A stretch of 64,000 bases of DNA from assembly GCA_965208105.1 (NCBI GenBank), contig OZ242318.1, positions 4,384,001-4,448,000 of the forward strand, given 5' to 3'. The DNA is from Candidatus Latescibacterota bacterium. Lineage in GTDB: Bacteria > Latescibacterota > UBA2968 > UBA8231. The notes below the pieces were generated by a model. It made no database searches, had not been told where the DNA came from, and worked only from the letters and a program-made list of their open reading frames with translations. Both the position numbers and the translations under genes were made by a program. Below, piece after piece: positions 50,306 to 59,710 of the stretch. Within the stretch, counting starts at the first letter, position 1; each line of letters starts with the position of its first letter.

Positions 50306-51178
50306 CTAGTCCATCTCGTATCCGCCGTCCACGTTCAAGGTCTGGCCGGTGATGTAGTCGGCGTCGGACGAGCACAGGAAGGCGATGGCGGCGGCAATGT
50401 CGCCTGGACTGGAAGCGCGTTGCAGGGGAATCGTGCGGATAAAGGCGGCCATGGCCTCCCCGGGCCGGGCGCCGAAGAGGGCGCCGCGGTCCTGGTCGAT
50501 GGCCTCCCACATGGGCGTCGGCACGACCCCGGGAGCAACGGCGTTGACGTTTATGTTGTAGGGAGCCAGCGCCAGGGCCGCCGACTGGGTGACGCTGATG
50601 ATGGCAGCCTTGCTGGCGGCGTAGTGGGTCGACAGCGGCCGTCCCCGCCGGCCCGAAATGGAGGCCAGATTGACGATCTTTCCGTAGCTTTCGCTGCGCC
50701 GCGGCGCCTGTTCGGATTCGCCCGCCTCCATGCTGAAGACGTCGGCAGGCGACTGGGACTTCTTCAGATCGTCGGGGGCCTGGTCGATCATCCGCCGCGC
50801 CACCGCCTGCAGGCAGAAGAAGGTGCCGCGCAGGTTTACGTCGATCACCCGGTCCCAGTCCTCCTCGGTCAGGTCCAGCATCGGCTTGGTCTGCACCACC
50901 CCGGCGTTGTTGACCAGAATGTCCACCTTGCCGAAGTGGGAGACGACCTCATCCACCATCCCGCGCACCGACTCCGCATCCGATATGTCCACGGGACAGG
51001 CCAGGGCGCGCCGTCCCGATTCCTCTATCTCGGCGGCGGTGGCCGCTGCCGTCTCCTCATTGTATTCCGCGACTGCTATGTTGGCGCCTTCCCCGGCGAG
51101 ATACAGCGCTATGCCCTTGCCTATGCCCTGTCCCGCGCCGGTGACGATCGCCGTCTTACCCGCCAGTCTCTGTCCCAT
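50306..51178 (-). CDS. SDR family oxidoreductase
   Basis: TGAGQGIG, NNAG, YAASK, NVDGG. Confidence 0.93.
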   Translation of the reverse strand: MGQRLAGKTAIVTGAGQGIGKGIALYLAGEGANIAVAEYNEETAAATAAEIEESGRRALACPVDISDAESVRGMVDEVVSHFGKVDILVNNAGVVQTKPMLDLTEEDWDRVIDVNLRGTFFCLQAVARRMIDQAPDDLKKSQSPADVFSMEAGESEQAPRRSESYGKIVNLASISGRRGRPLSTHYAASKAAIISVTQSAALALAPYNINVNAVAPGVVPTPMWEAIDQDRGALFGARPGEAMAAFIRTIPLQRASSPGDIAAAIAFLCSSDADYITGQTLNVDGGYEMD

Positions 51179-51203
51179 GGCTGCCGCTTCCCCACCCAAG
51201 ACA

Positions 51204-52859
51204 CTAGCGCCAGGCGTCTACCGAGACGCTTTTATGGTAGTTGGCGCCCATGATGCGCCAGTAGCCGTTGGTCTCTCCACCGACTACGACCAGATGGATT
51301 TTATCCTGGGGGAATACCGGAATCAACTCGTCGTCCGCCGCTGCGAGCATGGCAGCGTAGGGTTCGACCCCATTCAAGGCCCGAGGATGGAGATAGTTCT
51401 CAACGAGCTGGTAATCCCAGAACACGGCGGCGGGCATGGTGGCGTTGTCGTGCACCCAGCGAATCAGTTTCTCCTTGGTGTCGAATCCGCCCCGGTCCAC
51501 GAACTGGCGCGCCGTTATGGGGTCCAACACCAAGGTGGGCGACTCGAAGGGGTCCAGTCCCCGCAGCAGGTTGGTCACGTGCTCGCGCCAGAATTTTTGC
51601 CGCAATCCGAGGGAGAACGAGGTGGCGCGGCAGGATCCGAAAATGCTCGCCACGCTCTCGTCGGCGGCAAAGCCCTTCTCCACGTGGAATGGCTCCCATG
51701 GGCTTCTCTCCTCGTTTTCGGCATAGGTGAGGTTGTTGTAGGCGTAGTTGTTCCCCTGGGACCCCATATAGGTCTTTCCGGGCACCGACCCTCCCTGCAG
51801 GTTCTGCGACAGCAGGCCATAGGCGCGGCCGATGGTGGCGTTGGCGTGATTGTACGGACCCATGGCGCCGATTCCGCAATTCATCCCGATCTCGCGGCGG
51901 ATGGGGCCATTGACCACCACCATCGCCGCCGCCGAGCTGGTCGTGCTGCCGCGCGCGGTTACCCCGCTGGCGGCCAGGGCCAGGATCACCGGGAAGTACT
52001 CGGGCTCGGCCCCGGCCATCACCGCGTTGACCGCCACCTTCTCCACCGTGAAGCTCCAGGCTTCCCGCGTCGCCGTCGGTCTCAGTTCACCTACCGTCTC
52101 CTCCGGGCTGTGGCTGGTGGCCGCCAGCATCGCCTCTACCTTCTCCCGGGTGGGCAGGACGATGGGCAACCGATCAGTCCACTCTTTCTCCAAAAAGAGG
52201 CGGTGCAGGTTATCCTCGGTATCGGGCTCGACCCATCTCGGCGTCGAGCGTTCGAAGCCGCCGGGATTCTCGTCCTCCTCGCTCAGGGGCCGGGTGAGGA
52301 CCTCCACCACCTCCGCCATCACCGGCCGGCCGGTGACCGGGTCCCTGCCGTCGACGTAGGCTCTCAGCTCCTCGGGGGATTTGCCCATGACGGGCTGGGG
52401 CACGAAGACGAAGCGCTGGCGAGGCATGCCCCGGGCGTAGGCGACCTGGGTCACTACGTCCGCGAAGGACTCGGTCTGGATGGAAGCGGTGGGCACTCCG
52501 TACTCGTCTTCCAGGGTGATGCAATGCTCGGCGACCGCCGGCGCGCAGGTGCTTCAGTGGCCGACGCCGAGGATGGCCGCGTCTCCCCTGGCGCGGATCT
52601 CCTCGAAGAGCCCCGCGTCCCGTTCGGTGTAGACTCCGGACTTGCGCCGGGTCTCCGTCCTCACCCGGGGCATGTGCTCGGCGAACCAGTTCCCCATCTG
52701 CCTCATGAGGATGTCGCCGTCGTCGAAGCGGCAGTCCACGAGGTAGACGGTCCTGCCATCCAGGCCGGAGACCCTCGGGGCCATGCTCAGGGGCTCGATG
52801 GCGGGAGGGTGCCCCGTGGGGTTCATCACCGCAATTTTTCCGTTTCCTGTCTTTTCCAA
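51204..52859 (-). CDS. UGSC-family selenoprotein (in-frame TGA at 52556-52554, U-S-T-C motif) fused to its usual partner domain
   Basis: Track ORFs 52554..52859 and 51204..52496 are in frame: ...ILGVGH-TGA-STCAPAVAEHCITLEDEYGVPT. TTG start with GGAGGAG RBS (alternative ATG 52826). C-terminal part has WTDRLPIVLPT, AVNAVMAG, NHANATIGRA. Confidence 0.85.
52525..52553 (-). promoter_or_regulatory. Candidate bacterial SECIS element
   Basis: mRNA UGA-AGCACCUGCGC-GC-CGGC-GGUC-GCCG-A-GC-A. The apical loop starts with GG, 17 nt after UGA. Confidence 0.6.
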
Positions 52860-53758
52860 TGTGATTCTCCTCCGATTTTTCCGATATGGTCCCTCAGTAT
52901 GTCCAGAAATGCCTGCGCCGCCGGCGACCTCCGCCGCCCACGGTGCTCGATCAGACCGATGACCCGGGGTTCCAGGCCGCGCACCCGGACGGACCGCAGA
53001 AGACCTGACTCGGCCTCCTTCTCAACCGCCATCCGGGGCACCAGGGCGATCCCCATGCCAACTTCCACGAAGCGCTTGATGACCTCGATGCTGGCCAGGT
53101 TCATCGCCGGCTGAAGCTCAAGATTCGCCCTGATGAACGCCTCCTCCAGGAGCCGGCGGCTGGTGCTGCCGCGCTCCAGGGCAAGAAGCGGGAATTCGAC
53201 GATATCCTGCAGGCGCACCTGGTTCCTTCGCGCCAGCGGGTGGTCCGGCCGGCAGATCAGCACGTCGCTGCGCTCGAAAAGCTCCTCGCTGACCAGGTCG
53301 CGGTGCTTTGCCGGCAGCGTCGCCAGGCCGAAGTCCACCGCGTGGTCGAGCACCATTTGTCCTATTTCCGACGACATGCGGTTGCGGATATCCAGCTCTA
53401 CGCCGGCATACTGCTCCCTGAACTGCTGCAAAGGGCCGGGGAGTAGGTAGGTGCAGTTGGTGTCGCTGGTGCCGATCACCAGGCGCCCACGCAAGACCTG
53501 CTGCAGGGTGGCGATTTCCTCCCTGGCCACTTCGAGCCGATCGAACACTTCCTGGACGCGGCGGTAGAGGATCTCTCCAGCCGGGGTCAGGCGGATGTTC
53601 TTGCGCAGGCGCTCGAAGAGGATTTCTCCAAGCTCTTCCTCCAGGGCCTTGATCTGCAGGCTGATGGCCGGCTGGGTGAGGAAGAGCTTGTCCGCCGCGC
53701 GGGTGAAACTCCTCTCCCGGGCGATCTCGAAGAAGCCGCGGAGTTGATACAGGTCCAT
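52826..53758 (-). CDS. LysR family transcriptional regulator
   Basis: SFTRAADKLFLTQPAISLQIKALEEELG HTH, RERGSTSR-like ERGSTSR segment (CysL/CbbR-like). Confidence 0.95.
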   Translation of the reverse strand: MDLYQLRGFFEIARERSFTRAADKLFLTQPAISLQIKALEEELGEILFERLRKNIRLTPAGEILYRRVQEVFDRLEVAREEIATLQQVLRGRLVIGTSDTNCTYLLPGPLQQFREQYAGVELDIRNRMSSEIGQMVLDHAVDFGLATLPAKHRDLVSEELFERSDVLICRPDHPLARRNQVRLQDIVEFPLLALERGSTSRRLLEEAFIRANLELQPAMNLASIEVIKRFVEVGMGIALVPRMAVEKEAESGLLRSVRVRGLEPRVIGLIEHRGRRRSPAAQAFLDILRDHIGKIGGESHWKRQETEKLR

Positions 53759-53785
53759 AGAGGCGTTCGGTAGCATTTCGAGAAA

Positions 53786-53820
53786 TTATGGAAAGCATAA
53801 TATAAATAAATTTCACTTAT
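53786..53820. promoter_or_regulatory. LysR-type binding box(es) in the divergent LysR/purA intergenic region
   Basis: ATAA-N7-TTAT at 53806-53820 (T-N11-A) and TTAT-N7-ATAA at 53786-53800, in an AT-rich patch. Confidence 0.55.
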
Positions 53821-53877
53821 CCGTAAATCTAGTGTATTCTCGTCATCCCACCTATTGCCGGCAAAGGAGGAACCACC

Positions 53878-54900
53878 GTGTCAGCCATCATCGTCGTCGA
53901 CGCCTTCTGGGGTGATTCGGGAAAGGGAAAAATCGCCGCTTACCTGGCCGCGCGCCATTCCGCCGCCTTCTGCGTGCGCGCCGGCACCGGCACCAACGCC
54001 GGGCACAGCGTCTACTTTGAAGATAAACCGGGGATCCGCACCCATCAATTGCCCTGTGGCTTTCTGTGCCCGGAGACCCAGGTCCGGGTGGGCAGCGGCG
54101 TAGCCCTGGACCCGGAGCAGTTCTTCGCCGAACTCGAGCGCCTCGACCCCGAGCACAATCTCAGCGAGCGCACCCTGGTGGATTTCCGCTGCCCGCTCAT
54201 TCTGCCGGAGTACCGCCGCCGCGAAGCCGCCGACGTGCACCTTCGCCATACGGTCGGCTCGGTGGCCAGCGGCACTGGAGTCGCCCGCGCCGAATTCGTC
54301 CTGCGGCGGGCGAGGCAGGCTGGAAAATCCCCCCGGCTCCAAGGTTTTACCACGGACGTGGCCCGGGAACTCAACTCCGCCTGCGGCACCGGCTCCACCG
54401 TGGTCATCGAGGGCAGCCAGGGCACCCATCTCTCCCTGGCTCTGAGCGGCGACTATCCCTATTGCACCTCTGACAACTGCACCACCGCCGCATTTGTCGA
54501 CGACGTGGGCCTGAACTGGCAGCATATTTCCGACGCCGTGCTGGTGGTCAAAGCACTGCCCAGCCGCGTCGGTGCCGGGCCCCTTCCTCACCAGCTCGAC
54601 CAGCGCGAGGAAGAGGAGCGGGGCATCGTCGAGTACGGCGTCACCACCGGCCGCCGCCGCCGCAAGGCAGCCGCAATCTCCTGGCCGCACCTGGAGGAAG
54701 CCGTAATCCTCAATGGGCCGACCCAGATCGCCCTTACCTTCTGCGACCACCTCGACCCGGGGGTCCGGGGCGCCCGTTCCCGCGGCCGACTGACTCGCCC
54801 GGTGCGCCGGCTCATCGAGGAGATCGAGACCCGTTTCCAGGTTCCGGTTACCCTCTGCGACTGCGGCAGATATTTCGAGGATATAGTCGATCTGGCCTGA
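53878..54900 (+). CDS. purA: Adenylosuccinate synthetase, short archaeal-type
   Basis: WGDSGKGK, NAGH, EGSQG, YPYCTS, EYGVTTGRRRR; only 340 aa. Confidence 0.85.
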   Translation: MSAIIVVDAFWGDSGKGKIAAYLAARHSAAFCVRAGTGTNAGHSVYFEDKPGIRTHQLPCGFLCPETQVRVGSGVALDPEQFFAELERLDPEHNLSERTLVDFRCPLILPEYRRREAADVHLRHTVGSVASGTGVARAEFVLRRARQAGKSPRLQGFTTDVARELNSACGTGSTVVIEGSQGTHLSLALSGDYPYCTSDNCTTAAFVDDVGLNWQHISDAVLVVKALPSRVGAGPLPHQLDQREEEERGIVEYGVTTGRRRRKAAAISWPHLEEAVILNGPTQIALTFCDHLDPGVRGARSRGRLTRPVRRLIEEIETRFQVPVTLCDCGRYFEDIVDLA

Positions 54901-54972
54901 GGCCCTTCTTGCGGCCCTCGCGGTGGAGGCATATTATGTTGTAAGCCGTTAACCTGGTTTCATGCCTGCGAT

Positions 54973-55392
54973 ATGACCAAGGAAACCCATCTGGTACCCG
55001 TTCAGATTGTCGGCCTCCAGCCCTATACGGAAGCGGTCACGGTCTTCCTGAAAGGGGAAGGGCCCAAGGTCGTACCCATCGTGATCGGATTGTCCGAGGC
55101 CGAGGCTCTGCTGATGGCCATACAGAAGAACAAGCCTTCCCACCCCATCGCATACGACCTCCTGCAGAACCTCCTGGACCATGTGCAGGGAAGCATGCGT
55201 CACCTGGTGATCCACAGCATCAGGGAAAAGACCTTCTACGCCTACCTGGTCATTGACGGCAGGACCAAGCCCATAATCCTGGATTGCCGCCCCAGCGACG
55301 GGATGGTGCTGGCAAAGCGCCTGGACGCGCCTATCTATTTGACCCCGGAAGTCATCGATCAGACCGGAGTTGAATCCGAGGAGGAAAAGTAG
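54973..55392 (+). CDS. Bifunctional nuclease (DUF151/BFN) family protein
   Basis: PIVIGLSEAEA, TFYAYL, DCRPSDG. Confidence 0.88.
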   Translation: MTKETHLVPVQIVGLQPYTEAVTVFLKGEGPKVVPIVIGLSEAEALLMAIQKNKPSHPIAYDLLQNLLDHVQGSMRHLVIHSIREKTFYAYLVIDGRTKPIILDCRPSDGMVLAKRLDAPIYLTPEVIDQTGVESEEEK

Positions 55393-55444
55393 GAATCCTC
55401 CGTCCCCGTACTTCCCGTCCGGAAGCCGTGAGATCGCGGCTCTC

Positions 55445-56131
55445 TCAACCCCCGTTGACCAGCTCGGCCTTCTTCCAGTAGCGCCCCAGGTGAGACCTCA
55501 TCCACTCCAGTGAGCTGTAGCAGAGCGCGTTGAACCCGCCCCAGGTCCAGCGCAAAGGCCAGGACCGCGAACCGGTCAGGCGCTGAAAGAGACGCCTGCG
55601 GTCTGGCGCCGCCAACTCCACCTCCAGGCTGAGCCGGGTGAGTTCGCGCTCATAGGTGGAGGTGATAAGATTGTAGGCGTGGCGTTCCAGCTTTTCGGGC
55701 TCGGCAACAGTCACCCGCGGACATACCATGTGGCCCTCCCGCAGGACGAATCCGCGGATCCAGTCTTCGGGCAGGGTGCCGCGGCTGCGCCCGGCCGCCT
55801 CGGCGATGGTCTCGTGGTTCATCACGGCGTAGGTGCGGCAGATGAGCGGCCTTGCGGGATAGATGGTGCAGCTGTGGTCCTTGCTCAGAAACGGGCAGCG
55901 CCGTGGGCGTTCCTCGGTGAAGTCGAACAGCTGCCGCCGGCGCTCCTCGGAGAAGTTGGATTCTACGAACTCGACGATATTGCGGTATTCTGCGCTGTAG
56001 AGGGGGAACATGGTGGCGTAGTCGTTGTCGAACTCCTCCCCGGTGAGGACGCAACACTCACCCGAGTTGGCGCAGCGGGTCGACGGCACCTGGTCGTAGA
56101 GGGCCTGGAGCCTGGAGGAGAGATCACTCAT
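55445..56131 (-). CDS. YkgJ family cysteine-cluster protein
   Basis: CANSGECC, CPFL...CTIYPARPLICR. Confidence 0.85.
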   Translation of the reverse strand: MSDLSSRLQALYDQVPSTRCANSGECCVLTGEEFDNDYATMFPLYSAEYRNIVEFVESNFSEERRRQLFDFTEERPRRCPFLSKDHSCTIYPARPLICRTYAVMNHETIAEAAGRSRGTLPEDWIRGFVLREGHMVCPRVTVAEPEKLERHAYNLITSTYERELTRLSLEVELAAPDRRRLFQRLTGSRSWPLRWTWGGFNALCYSSLEWMRSHLGRYWKKAELVNGG

Positions 56132-56177
56132 TGTCGGCTTTCCATGAAATCATTCGGTTGTCGGTATCCCGGCCACA

Positions 56178-57503
56178 TCAGTTCCCCACCAGCCTGCCGA
56201 GCAGTTCCGCGGCCCTTTCCCGGATCAGCTCCTCGCTCTCCGGTGCAATCATCTGCACGCTCCCGTAGATCTTGAAGGCTTCCTCGATTTCGTAGCCGCC
56301 GCGCGGGTACTCGTCCGCCGTGGGCACGTAGCCGATGCAGCCATTGGCGTATCCGCAGAGGATGGTGGGCTGCAGCGGCGACCGCGCCTCCAGATCCAGC
56401 TGGTAGCGCGCGAAGATCTCCCCCTCCATGCCCAGGAGGGCCAGGGGCCCCAGGCGGAGTACCTGGATCTCGAAGGGCTGGCGCCGGTCCCCCGCTCCCG
56501 ACCGGGCCAGCTCCAGCATTTCCCGGGCCCATTCGAGGCGCGCCCGGGGGACCATCTGCTCCCAGGGATCCGACCCGCTCTGCCGCTTCAACCATGCCCT
56601 CAACTGCCAGAACAGCTTTTCCCCCTCGACGCGCATCCGGGGGGGAGGATTCACGAGGGGCAGTTGAATCTTCTCCAGGGCCCAGTCGATTTCGGCCGCC
56701 TTCAGCTCCTCCGCGGTCTCCAGTCCGGCCACCACGGCCTTTCCCAGCTCCTGCCCCGCTGCCGCGACATCGTCATAGTTCCCATGTCCCCGTTTCCTGA
56801 CTTTGGGGTTTATATCGCCGCAGGCGCCGTTGACAAAAAGGGCCGGCCGCCGGGTCCTGGCCTCGATCCAGCCCAGGGCCGCGCCGACGAAATCCGCACT
56901 GATGCGGTGATTGGCTCTGCCCAGGACGGTCGGGTGGCAGGCGTGGCTGCAGAGGGTCAGTGCCAGCCCGTCTTCTGCGTCGATGCGGACCAGGTGGGCA
57001 TAGTCCGCTACGGGTCCAGGCCCCGAGTCCCCGCGCGATGACATCCTCCGCCGATTGCAGCCCACCTGCACCGGAACCTTGCAGTGCGCCATCAGCACGG
57101 GCTTCAGATCCGAGCTGGCGAGTTCCACGATAGAGGCGACCTCCTCCTCGATCCTGCCCAGATATCCCGCATCCACCGCACCCATGCCGCGCAAGGGGAG
57201 GGTCAAGGGGCCGGAATGGGTATGGGAACAGCAGATCATCAGGGCCTGTGCTGGAATGCCGCTCCTTTCCTCGACCCGGGTCCGGATCCTTGCCACGGTC
57301 GAGGCATCGAGACCGATCAGATCGAGCGCAACCAGCGCGGCCCGGCGCTTTCCTTGAGACCAGACCACGGTTTTCGCCGCCAGTCTGTCGTGCACCCCCC
57401 GGGCTCCGGACCTCCTTCCCCAGTATCCCCCCATGCATATTCCGCGGCCGGGAGTGATGTCGCCAGCGGCGCAGCCTGCCAGCAACTCAGGGACCGGCAT
57501 CAC
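56178..57503 (-). CDS. Neutral/alkaline ceramidase-like protein
   Basis: DITP, SHTHSGP, HACHPT, GACGDINP, GYVPT...GGYE. Confidence 0.85.
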   Translation of the reverse strand: MMPVPELLAGCAAGDITPGRGICMGGYWGRRSGARGVHDRLAAKTVVWSQGKRRAALVALDLIGLDASTVARIRTRVEERSGIPAQALMICCSHTHSGPLTLPLRGMGAVDAGYLGRIEEEVASIVELASSDLKPVLMAHCKVPVQVGCNRRRMSSRGDSGPGPVADYAHLVRIDAEDGLALTLCSHACHPTVLGRANHRISADFVGAALGWIEARTRRPALFVNGACGDINPKVRKRGHGNYDDVAAAGQELGKAVVAGLETAEELKAAEIDWALEKIQLPLVNPPPRMRVEGEKLFWQLRAWLKRQSGSDPWEQMVPRARLEWAREMLELARSGAGDRRQPFEIQVLRLGPLALLGMEGEIFARYQLDLEARSPLQPTILCGYANGCIGYVPTADEYPRGGYEIEEAFKIYGSVQMIAPESEELIRERAAELLGRLVGN

Positions 57504-58056
57504 CGGAATCCTCGTCCCAGCCCCGCGGAAGAACCACCAGGGGCATGCCGGTTTCCGCCGTATTGTAAAATGCCATCAGGTCGCCCGCATCAATCTTGAG
57601 GGAAGGGGACCGGGGGGTGCGCCAGGCGGCTGCCGCGTATATCAGCAGCCCGCTGTCGAAGTAGAGGGCGCATTTCTCCGTTGCCTGCGTGGCCAGATTG
57701 CTTTCCCAGTCGAAGGGCCCGTGCTGCGGTCGAGACCAGGATGTGGCGGGCCGGTAGCGGCGAAGGTGGCGATGCAGAGCGGCATGCGTGGCCGGCCGCG
57801 GTCCGAGGGAGTCCACCAGCACAGGGGCGATGCGCAGAACCGCCTGGCCGTGCTGCAGGCGCACCTCGCCTGCGCTGCGATTCACCAGCAGATAGGGACG
57901 GTCGGCCTCGATGAGCCGCAGCCACTGCTGCAGGGCAAGGTTGATGCGGGCGATTTTCCCGGTGTCGGTATTCTCTCCTGCAGCTGCCGGAGCCGGGGGA
58001 AGCATGCACGCCGCGAGAATCACCGCCTTGCCCAGGTGCCGCATGGCGCTATCCAT
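57487..58056 (-). CDS. Secreted L,D-transpeptidase-like protein lacking catalytic residues
   Basis: Signal peptide; YLLVNRS...VLR...ALYF...LLIY...SLKI...DLMAFYN..G.PLVV parallels the YkuD protein two genes upstream. Confidence 0.6.
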   Translation of the reverse strand: MDSAMRHLGKAVILAACMLPPAPAAAGENTDTGKIARINLALQQWLRLIEADRPYLLVNRSAGEVRLQHGQAVLRIAPVLVDSLGPRPATHAALHRHLRRYRPATSWSRPQHGPFDWESNLATQATEKCALYFDSGLLIYAAAAWRTPRSPSLKIDAGDLMAFYNTAETGMPLVVLPRGWDEDSGDAGP

Positions 58057-58061
58057 GGAAT

Positions 58062-59024
58062 CTACTCCGAATCGGCAATGTCCAGGACAACCTTCAATTC
58101 TCCCGGTTCCCGAGCCCTGGCAAAGGCCTCCGGGCCTTCCCGCAGGGGGAAGCGCGACTGAATCAACCCTTCGATCTCCACCTGCCCTTCGGCCAGGAGG
58201 CGCAGGGCCGGAGGAAACGGGCCGCAGCGGGAACCGATCAGGCTAATCTCGTCCACTACCAGGTCAGAGGCATCGAGCGTAAGAACTCCGGCGTAGGTGC
58301 TCTTCAGCACCAGGGTTCCGCGCGGACGCAACCCCTTGCGGGCAAGTGCGAATCCCGCTGCATTGCCGGTGCACTCGACGGCGAGGTCAAAGCTGCCCTG
58401 GCGCACGGAATCGGCTCGGCCGGCGGCGATGCCCCGCGCGCGGAGGAGGTCGAGCTTGTTCTCGTGGCGTCCGACCACCAGCAGGTCACAGCCGGTCAGC
58501 CTCAGGGTCTGCCCGATCAGTTGCCCCAGCTTGCCGTCTCCTACGACCAGCACCCGATCGTCGGGCCTCACCTTCACCTGGCGCTGAATCTCGAGGGCTG
58601 CCGCGAGCGGCTCGACAAAGGTCGCCGCATCGGTGGAGACCTGAGGTGGAACCAGGTGCAGGTTATCCGCCGGCAGACTCAGGTATTGCGCGAAAGCTCC
58701 ATCCCGCCCGGCGATTCCCAGCACGGTCCTCCGGCTGCAATGCGATCTCCGCTCGCTCGTGCAATCCGTGCAGCGGCCGCAGACCGCGTTGATCTCGCCC
58801 ACCACCCGCTTTCCCTCAAGCTCCTTCGGACCTCGGTCCACAACTCCTGCGAATTCGTGGCCCGGCACGCCCGTGTACGGATAGTAGCCCCGAACCAGTT
58901 CAAGGTCGGTATTGCATATGCCCGCCCGCAGGACCCGCACCAGGGCCTCGCCCGGCGGCGTCGGGGGAAAGGGCATATCCTCGCGCACCCGCAGCTGCTG
59001 CTCCTCCAGCCAGAGGGCGATCAA
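58062..59024 (-). CDS. Zinc-binding (MDR) alcohol dehydrogenase
   Basis: GICNTD, GHEF, CGRCTDC...HC, GDGKLG. Confidence 0.9.
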   Translation of the reverse strand: MIALWLEEQQLRVREDMPFPPTPPGEALVRVLRAGICNTDLELVRGYYPYTGVPGHEFAGVVDRGPKELEGKRVVGEINAVCGRCTDCTSERRSHCSRRTVLGIAGRDGAFAQYLSLPADNLHLVPPQVSTDAATFVEPLAAALEIQRQVKVRPDDRVLVVGDGKLGQLIGQTLRLTGCDLLVVGRHENKLDLLRARGIAAGRADSVRQGSFDLAVECTGNAAGFALARKGLRPRGTLVLKSTYAGVLTLDASDLVVDEISLIGSRCGPFPPALRLLAEGQVEIEGLIQSRFPLREGPEAFARAREPGELKVVLDIADSE

Positions 59025-59031
59025 GACCACC

Positions 59032-59637
59032 TCAATAGATGTAGACCGGCCAACCTTTCTCCACCGTGTCGTAAAGGTAGCGCAGGTCATCTTCTCCCAC
59101 GCGCACGCATCCGTGGGTGATGCTCTTGCCCAGATTCACCTCGTAAAGAGCCCCGTGAATCATGTAGTCCCTGGCGAAATAGAGTGCAAAGCGTCCCAGC
59201 ACTCCGCGCTGGAAGCGGCGGCGGTCTTCGGCAAAAATGGGGATCTCTTCCCCGGCCTCGACGAACACCCACTCGGGCTTGATCCACAGGGGGTCCTGGA
59301 CCTTGCGCAGAACGTCAAAGCGTCCTTTGGGAGTGTTGAACACCCAGTTGTGCTTCCAGCGCTTCGGACCCTCCAGCCTGCGGCCGCTCCCGCTGGAGCA
59401 TACGGCCGAGCGCAAAACCCGGTCACCGTCCTTGAGGAGGAGCAGGTTTTCCTGGGTGTTGATGACAATGTAGGGAGTCGTCGGGCTGTGCTCTCGAATA
59501 CTTCGCAGCAACCGCTTGCGCTCGAGGAGAATTCCTGCTTCCTCCTCCCGCTCCATCTCCTTTGCCGCTGCACCACATATCCACAGCGCCCATCCGGAGA
59601 GGAGAAGGACACAAAATATCCTGTTCAGGTTCCTCAT
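59032..59637 (-). CDS. L,D-transpeptidase (YkuD domain)
   Basis: TPKGRF, YMIHG...SITHGCVRV; signal peptide. Confidence 0.9.
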   Translation of the reverse strand: MRNLNRIFCVLLLSGWALWICGAAAKEMEREEEAGILLERKRLLRSIREHSPTTPYIVINTQENLLLLKDGDRVLRSAVCSSGSGRRLEGPKRWKHNWVFNTPKGRFDVLRKVQDPLWIKPEWVFVEAGEEIPIFAEDRRRFQRGVLGRFALYFARDYMIHGALYEVNLGKSITHGCVRVGEDDLRYLYDTVEKGWPVYIY

Positions 59638-59710
59638 GATAAAAAACGGCCGGAGAGAATCTTCATTCATCTCCGGCCGTACGGTAACTCCCTGTATTCT
59701 CGCCCCAACC

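Noticed and set aside
52554-52556. TGA read-through due to an alternative genetic code (Trp/Gly)
   Set aside because: TGA is a normal stop for many genes here (pntAA, pntB, purL, purA), and no other conserved gene has an internal TGA.
53878-54900. PurZ/PurZ0 (2-aminoadenine DNA synthesis)
   Set aside because: It retains the Asp of GDxGKG (Ser in PurZ), the TTGRRR loop and the Asp of TxxD. No phage, datZ or mazZ context is present.
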